Below are positions 27,361 through 30,624 of a stretch of 30,624 bases of DNA, piece after piece (positions within the stretch are counted from its first letter, which is position 1; every line of letters begins with the position of its first letter). A program made the translations under genes and the position numbers. The DNA is from a virus (Duplodnaviria > Caudoviricetes), in IMG/VR virus record IMGVR_UViG_3300025403_000031, positions 1-30,624 of that record; one strand, 5' to 3'. The notes below the pieces were generated by a model. It made no database searches and had not been told where the DNA came from. It worked only from the letters and a program-made list of their open reading frames with translations.

Positions 27361-27462
27361 AACCGCCCCCGGCCCCGCGTAATGGCGGCGAAGGTTCGCG
27401 ACCTAGCCGGGCGGCCCATGCCTGGACACTCCAGGCAGTAGCAAACCCTAAGGGGTGATCCT

Positions 27463-27645
27463 ATGTTTAGGATGACGGTAGAAACGACAAACGACGCGTT
27501 TGTCGACATGGACGGGGAATTTTACCCCACGGCGCTAGTCGCTATTCTTCGCCAAGTGGCGCGGGATATTGACGCTGGCGCGTGGAACGGGAAGGTTCGC
27601 GACGCGAACGGGAACCGTTGCGGGTCGTGGGAGCTGTCAGAATGA
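27463..27645 (+). CDS. Small early-type hypothetical protein (60 aa)
   Basis: AAGGGG RBS. Motif NDAF...AILRQVA...VRDANGNRCGSW. Confidence 0.8.
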   Translation: MFRMTVETTNDAFVDMDGEFYPTALVAILRQVARDIDAGAWNGKVRDANGNRCGSWELSE

Positions 27646-28118
27646 CAAAAATACGGGGAACGGATGCCGCCTGGACTAAGGCGGGTAGGGAATTGGCCGC
27701 TAGGTTTGACCTAGGGCAACAATACACGGACACGGTAGGCGTGTTTAGCCTTATCGTTCGCCACGCTAAGCGGTTGGATCGATTGGCCGTGGAAGAATGC
27801 AACGGCCCATGGTGGATGGATCGCGAAGACGCGCGCATACAGCGCGCCTACGCCAGCGGTGCGACGGAAGATCACGCCCATTTAGCCGCCCGTAATCGGT
27901 TGCGTATGCGCCTATGGGAGGAGGATCGTGACGCGCGCGAGGCGGCGACCTACGCCCGCATTAGCGAACTAGTGGCGGAGCTTAGCGCCATCACTGGCGA
28001 CACGTGGAACGTCGAACTAGGCGGTGATCCTCGCGGCTACGTGGTGAAACTTACGCCGCCGCCTGGCGTAATCTTCCGTTCTAACACTTACTGCGGCGAC
28101 GCGGTAGGCGTAGCATGA
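27642..28118 (+). CDS. Hypothetical phage protein with ECNG...GDPRG motif (158 aa)
   Basis: ATG 27642 (ATGA overlap). Motifs RLAVEECNG and GGDPRGYVVKL. Confidence 0.75.
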   Translation: MTKIRGTDAAWTKAGRELAARFDLGQQYTDTVGVFSLIVRHAKRLDRLAVEECNGPWWMDREDARIQRAYASGATEDHAHLAARNRLRMRLWEEDRDAREAATYARISELVAELSAITGDTWNVELGGDPRGYVVKLTPPPGVIFRSNTYCGDAVGVA

Positions 28119-28312
28119 CGCGCCGCCGCAATACCCGCCGCGAACGTCTAGCCGCTAGGCGGGCGGGATGGTGCGCCGCGGTTATCGTGGGCGCGTTGGT
28201 GGCTGTCTGGGCTGAAACTAGCTCCGATATCGGTGGCGGGATCTTTATTGTCGTAGCGATCCCGGCGGGGTTCGCCGGGGTCGCCACGTATCTAGCCGCG
28301 GGCGGGCAGTGA
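28115..28312 (+). CDS. Small two-TM membrane protein (65 aa)
   Basis: ATGA overlap. Arg-rich N-terminus and two hydrophobic helices. Confidence 0.7.
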   Translation: MTRRRNTRRERLAARRAGWCAAVIVGALVAVWAETSSDIGGGIFIVVAIPAGFAGVATYLAAGGQ

Positions 28313-28398
28313 TGACATGGCCGCTAGTAGTTGCGAACCCGTGGCCGCTGGCGTCGATTATGGCGCTAGCGGTTGCGGTTCTATGGTGGACACGTTGA
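28309..28398 (+). CDS. Hydrophobic micropeptide (29 aa)
   Basis: Hand translation MMTWPLVVANPWPLASIMALAVAVLWWTR. GTGA overlap upstream and TTGA overlap downstream. Confidence 0.55.
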   Translation: MMTWPLVVANPWPLASIMALAVAVLWWTR

Positions 28399-28592
28399 AC
28401 GGGTCGCCGTTCTATCGGTTGGCGGTGCGGGTGGTGGCGGCGGAATATGGCCGCCACCTTCCCGCGTTGCTGGCAGAATGGAACGCCGCCGGGCTATCGC
28501 TACGGGCTATCGTGGCAGAGCTGGAACGTCGCTACGGAATTGAGGTGACGCACCAGACCATCTCGGCGTGGCTCCGCTACCCTGACTCATAA
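28395..28592 (+). CDS. Small helix-turn-helix DNA-binding protein (start 28395 TTG or 28383 ATG)
   Basis: GLSLRAIVAELERRYGIEVTHQTISAWL has an HTH pattern. Confidence 0.7.
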   Translation: MNGSPFYRLAVRVVAAEYGRHLPALLAEWNAAGLSLRAIVAELERRYGIEVTHQTISAWLRYPDS

Positions 28593-28623
28593 CTCCGCTA
28601 CCCTGACTCCGCTACCCCGGCTC
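28572..28623. repeat. Three copies of the 14-bp unit CTCCGCTACCCTGA
   Basis: Copies at 28572, 28593 and 28607 (third is CTCCGCTACCCCGG). Confidence 0.9.
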
Positions 28624-28654
28624 AGCCCCTCGCCTTGTGCGGGGGGTTCAGTCT
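28624..28654 (+). terminator. Hairpin terminator between convergent gene blocks
   Basis: AGCCCCTCGC-cttgt-GCGGGGGGTT, a 10-bp stem with G-U pairs and a weak U tract. Confidence 0.6.
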
Positions 28655-28667
28655 TGCTAAGCGAAGG

Positions 28668-28946
28668 TCAGATTTGGTCTAAGGCCATGTGCAGCAGCCC
28701 TAACTTGCCGTGTGGGGACATGCCAGGGGCGTTCATAATGCTGTAGGAGTCTCGATCATCCTCTAGGTCGTGATGGCGCATGACCACTATCCATTCAAGG
28801 ATCTGTGTATCTTCCGCCACCTCGTAGGTGTCTGTGTCCTCGTCCCAGAGCAAAGTGTGGAAGCCGCCAGAAGCGAGAAAGGCCTCCAGTTTGTTCTGGC
28901 GCTCCTTGATGAGGGTGGTCACTTCATCTTCGGTCATTCCGTCCAT
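28668..28946 (-). CDS. Acidic hypothetical protein (92 aa)
   Basis: Clean ORF, last of the minus-strand block. Ends PGMSPHGKLGLL. Confidence 0.65.
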   Translation of the reverse strand: MDGMTEDEVTTLIKERQNKLEAFLASGGFHTLLWDEDTDTYEVAEDTQILEWIVVMRHHDLEDDRDSYSIMNAPGMSPHGKLGLLHMALDQI

Positions 28947-28966
28947 GACCTTGACGCTAGTGCCTC

Positions 28967-29329
28967 TCAGCCCCCGGCTGCTCTATGGCTTGCTGCGAGG
29001 GTGCGGAGTGCTGAAAGTGTCTCCTCTTTGGCCGACAGGCTGGAGCGGAGGACGGTCAGGTTGTTCTTGGCGAGCAGGTGCTCCTCCAGCTCGACCTTGG
29101 TCTCCATGGTTGCCCAGTCGGTCACTTGGTCAGCGGTGGTTTTCTTCCCGTCCCTCTCGCAGGTATCTCTAAAAGAGATACGCTCGCAGGCGAACTTGTA
29201 CTGGAAGGCCGCTTCTGCTCGGCTGGTCTCCTGGGCTGCTTCAGCAATCTCGTCAACGATGGCTTCAATGGCCTTGACGGTCTCCCGGATCTTGCTTTCG
29301 ATCTGCTGGTAGGTGAGGATGGTGTTCAT
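28967..29329 (-). CDS. Coiled-coil phage protein (120 aa)
   Basis: ATG 29329 with GGAGG RBS. All-helical heptad pattern. Confidence 0.75.
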   Translation of the reverse strand: MNTILTYQQIESKIRETVKAIEAIVDEIAEAAQETSRAEAAFQYKFACERISFRDTCERDGKKTTADQVTDWATMETKVELEEHLLAKNNLTVLRSSLSAKEETLSALRTLAASHRAAGG

Positions 29330-29390
29330 TTGTGCCTCCAGTGGCGTAGTGGGCCGTGGAACAGCCAGAGAATGTGTAGGAAGTGGCTCA

Positions 29391-29528
29391 TCAGTCCGCC
29401 TCGTGCAGTCGGCACTCGCACTCATCGCAGTCGTAGTGTTCGCCATCGCACTCGCACTCCACGCCACACAGGTCGGTGCAGGGGATACTCAGGCACTCAG
29501 GGCAGGTTCGTTCGGAGTAGTAGCCCAT
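29391..29528 (-). CDS. Cys-rich metal-binding miniprotein (45 aa)
   Basis: ATG 29528 with GGGGAG RBS. 9 Cys, including two CEC motifs. Confidence 0.6.
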   Translation of the reverse strand: MGYYSERTCPECLSIPCTDLCGVECECDGEHYDCDECECRLHEAD

Positions 29529-29599
29529 TATTTTTGCTCCCCCATCAGTCGAAGAACGGCCTCGGCCAACTTGTGACCGCTCATGTAGGCACCGCTGTT

Positions 29600-30529
29600 T
29601 CACAGCATCCTCGGTTCTACGCCGTTCAAGCGTTGCTCTGCAATCTCTACATACTCAGGGTTCAACTCTGTCCCGACGAAGTTGCGTCGGTGCTTCAAGG
29701 CTACGACTCCCACTGTTCCCGAGCCAGTGAACGGATCAAGAATGGTGTCGCCCTCTGCGCTTCCTGCCAACACACACGGCTCAACCAATGCTTCAGGCAT
29801 TACGGCGAAGTGAGCACCCTTGAATGGCTTGGTGGCGATTGTCCACACATCACGCTTGTTGCGAAGTCCATCGCTTGCCGGAGTGTTGCCGGAATAAGTA
29901 TTGTTCTCATTGCCTTCAACGTGCTTGGCTCCGCCGATAGGTGGCATGGCATCCCACGAGCCGGTCACGCTTGGCTCTCGAACTGCAACGTGGTCGTAGT
30001 AATACCTTGGCGATTTGGTGAGCAGAAACAGATACTCATGGCTCTTGGTGGGTCGGTCGGTGACGCTCTCTGGCATCGGGTTGGGCTTGTGCCAGATGAT
30101 GTCCGAGCGCAAATACCAACCGTCGGCTTGAAGTGCGAACGCTACTCGCCAAGGTATGCCCATCAAATCCTTTGGCTTCACGCCAGCATTCTCTAGCCAT
30201 TCAGGGCGATTGCGGACATTGGTGATGTGCTGCCCACCGGCTTGAGATACGCCGGTCTTGTTGTAGTTTCCACCACCACCGCCAGCATAACTATCCCCCA
30301 AGTTGAGCCAAAGTGTGCCATCGTCAGACAAAACACGGCGCACCTCACGGAACACTTCGACCAGTTCGTTGACGTAATCGTCTGGTGTCTGCTCTAGGCC
30401 GATCTGTCCATCGTGTCCATAGTCACGCAGCCCGAAGTAGGGCGGTGAAGTGATGCAGGTTCGGACTGAGCCAGCCTCTAAGGTTCGGAGCATCTCACGG
30501 CAGTCGCCGGTCAAGAGAACGTTGCTCAC
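29600..30529 (-). CDS. DNA methyltransferase, beta class (N4-cytosine/N6-adenine; 309 aa)
   Basis: GDCRE start, catalytic TSPPY, IIWHKPNPMPES, HEYLFL, HFAVMP and SAM-binding DPFTGSGT. Confidence 0.93.
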   Translation of the reverse strand: MSNVLLTGDCREMLRTLEAGSVRTCITSPPYFGLRDYGHDGQIGLEQTPDDYVNELVEVFREVRRVLSDDGTLWLNLGDSYAGGGGGNYNKTGVSQAGGQHITNVRNRPEWLENAGVKPKDLMGIPWRVAFALQADGWYLRSDIIWHKPNPMPESVTDRPTKSHEYLFLLTKSPRYYYDHVAVREPSVTGSWDAMPPIGGAKHVEGNENNTYSGNTPASDGLRNKRDVWTIATKPFKGAHFAVMPEALVEPCVLAGSAEGDTILDPFTGSGTVGVVALKHRRNFVGTELNPEYVEIAEQRLNGVEPRML

Positions 30530-30624
30530 TTCTTGCTCCGGTTCCTGAAGTCTGCTTCCAGAGCGTCAAGCCAACGCTTGTGCATGGCGCTGAGTTCGCT
30601 GTGGTGCTCTTGGCGGTCGGCGGC
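30526..30624 (-). CDS. 3' end of an upstream gene (partial)
   Basis: Open frame ...ELSAMHKRWLDALEADFRNRSKK*, whose TGA overlaps the methyltransferase GTG. Confidence 0.55.
   Translation of the reverse strand, partial: AADRQEHHSELSAMHKRWLDALEADFRNRSKK

Noticed and set aside
27361-27415. Possible tRNA gene
   Set aside because: It is too short and has no anticodon arm. Kept only as a tRNA-like element.
25520-28550. Island as an inserted mobile element
   Set aside because: No integrase, transposase, terminal inverted repeats or target duplication, and the bias boundary falls inside a gene. Transfer is not fully excluded.
29078-30196. 372-aa plus-strand ORF
   Set aside because: It is the antisense shadow of the methyltransferase and neighbouring genes, with no motifs or RBS.

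Overview
The window is a slice of a GC-rich tailed dsDNA phage genome, probably an actinobacterial podovirus-like phage (inference from gene content and order). A long, largely translationally coupled minus-strand block (24378 to 1) runs: replication initiator with an internal origin, helicase loader, holin-like gene, HTH-fused terminase large subunit, portal, three internal virion proteins (one of 2278 aa with an inserted HExxH domain), scaffold, N4-gp56-type major capsid protein with an inserted domain, small coupled genes, a collagen/beta-helix tail fibre and tail proteins. An overlapping bidirectional promoter drives a dNMP kinase the other way. Then comes a ~3 kb island (~25520-28550) of plus-strand early-type genes, led by a divergent beta-sliding-clamp homologue. 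The island has a strikingly different k-mer regime: GAG/CTC, GCAG/CTGC and TCAG/CTGA are purged, while palindromes such as CTAG, CGCG and GTCGAC are tolerated. The window ends with small minus-strand genes and a beta-class DNA methyltransferase. The most notable signals are the motif-purged island (candidate terminal repeat or first-injected DNA), a perfect 14-nt anti-RBS pairing at the head of the coupled gene chain after the capsid gene, a structured scaffold leader, and the injected metallopeptidase-like insertion. All product calls come from motif recognition by eye, not database searches.
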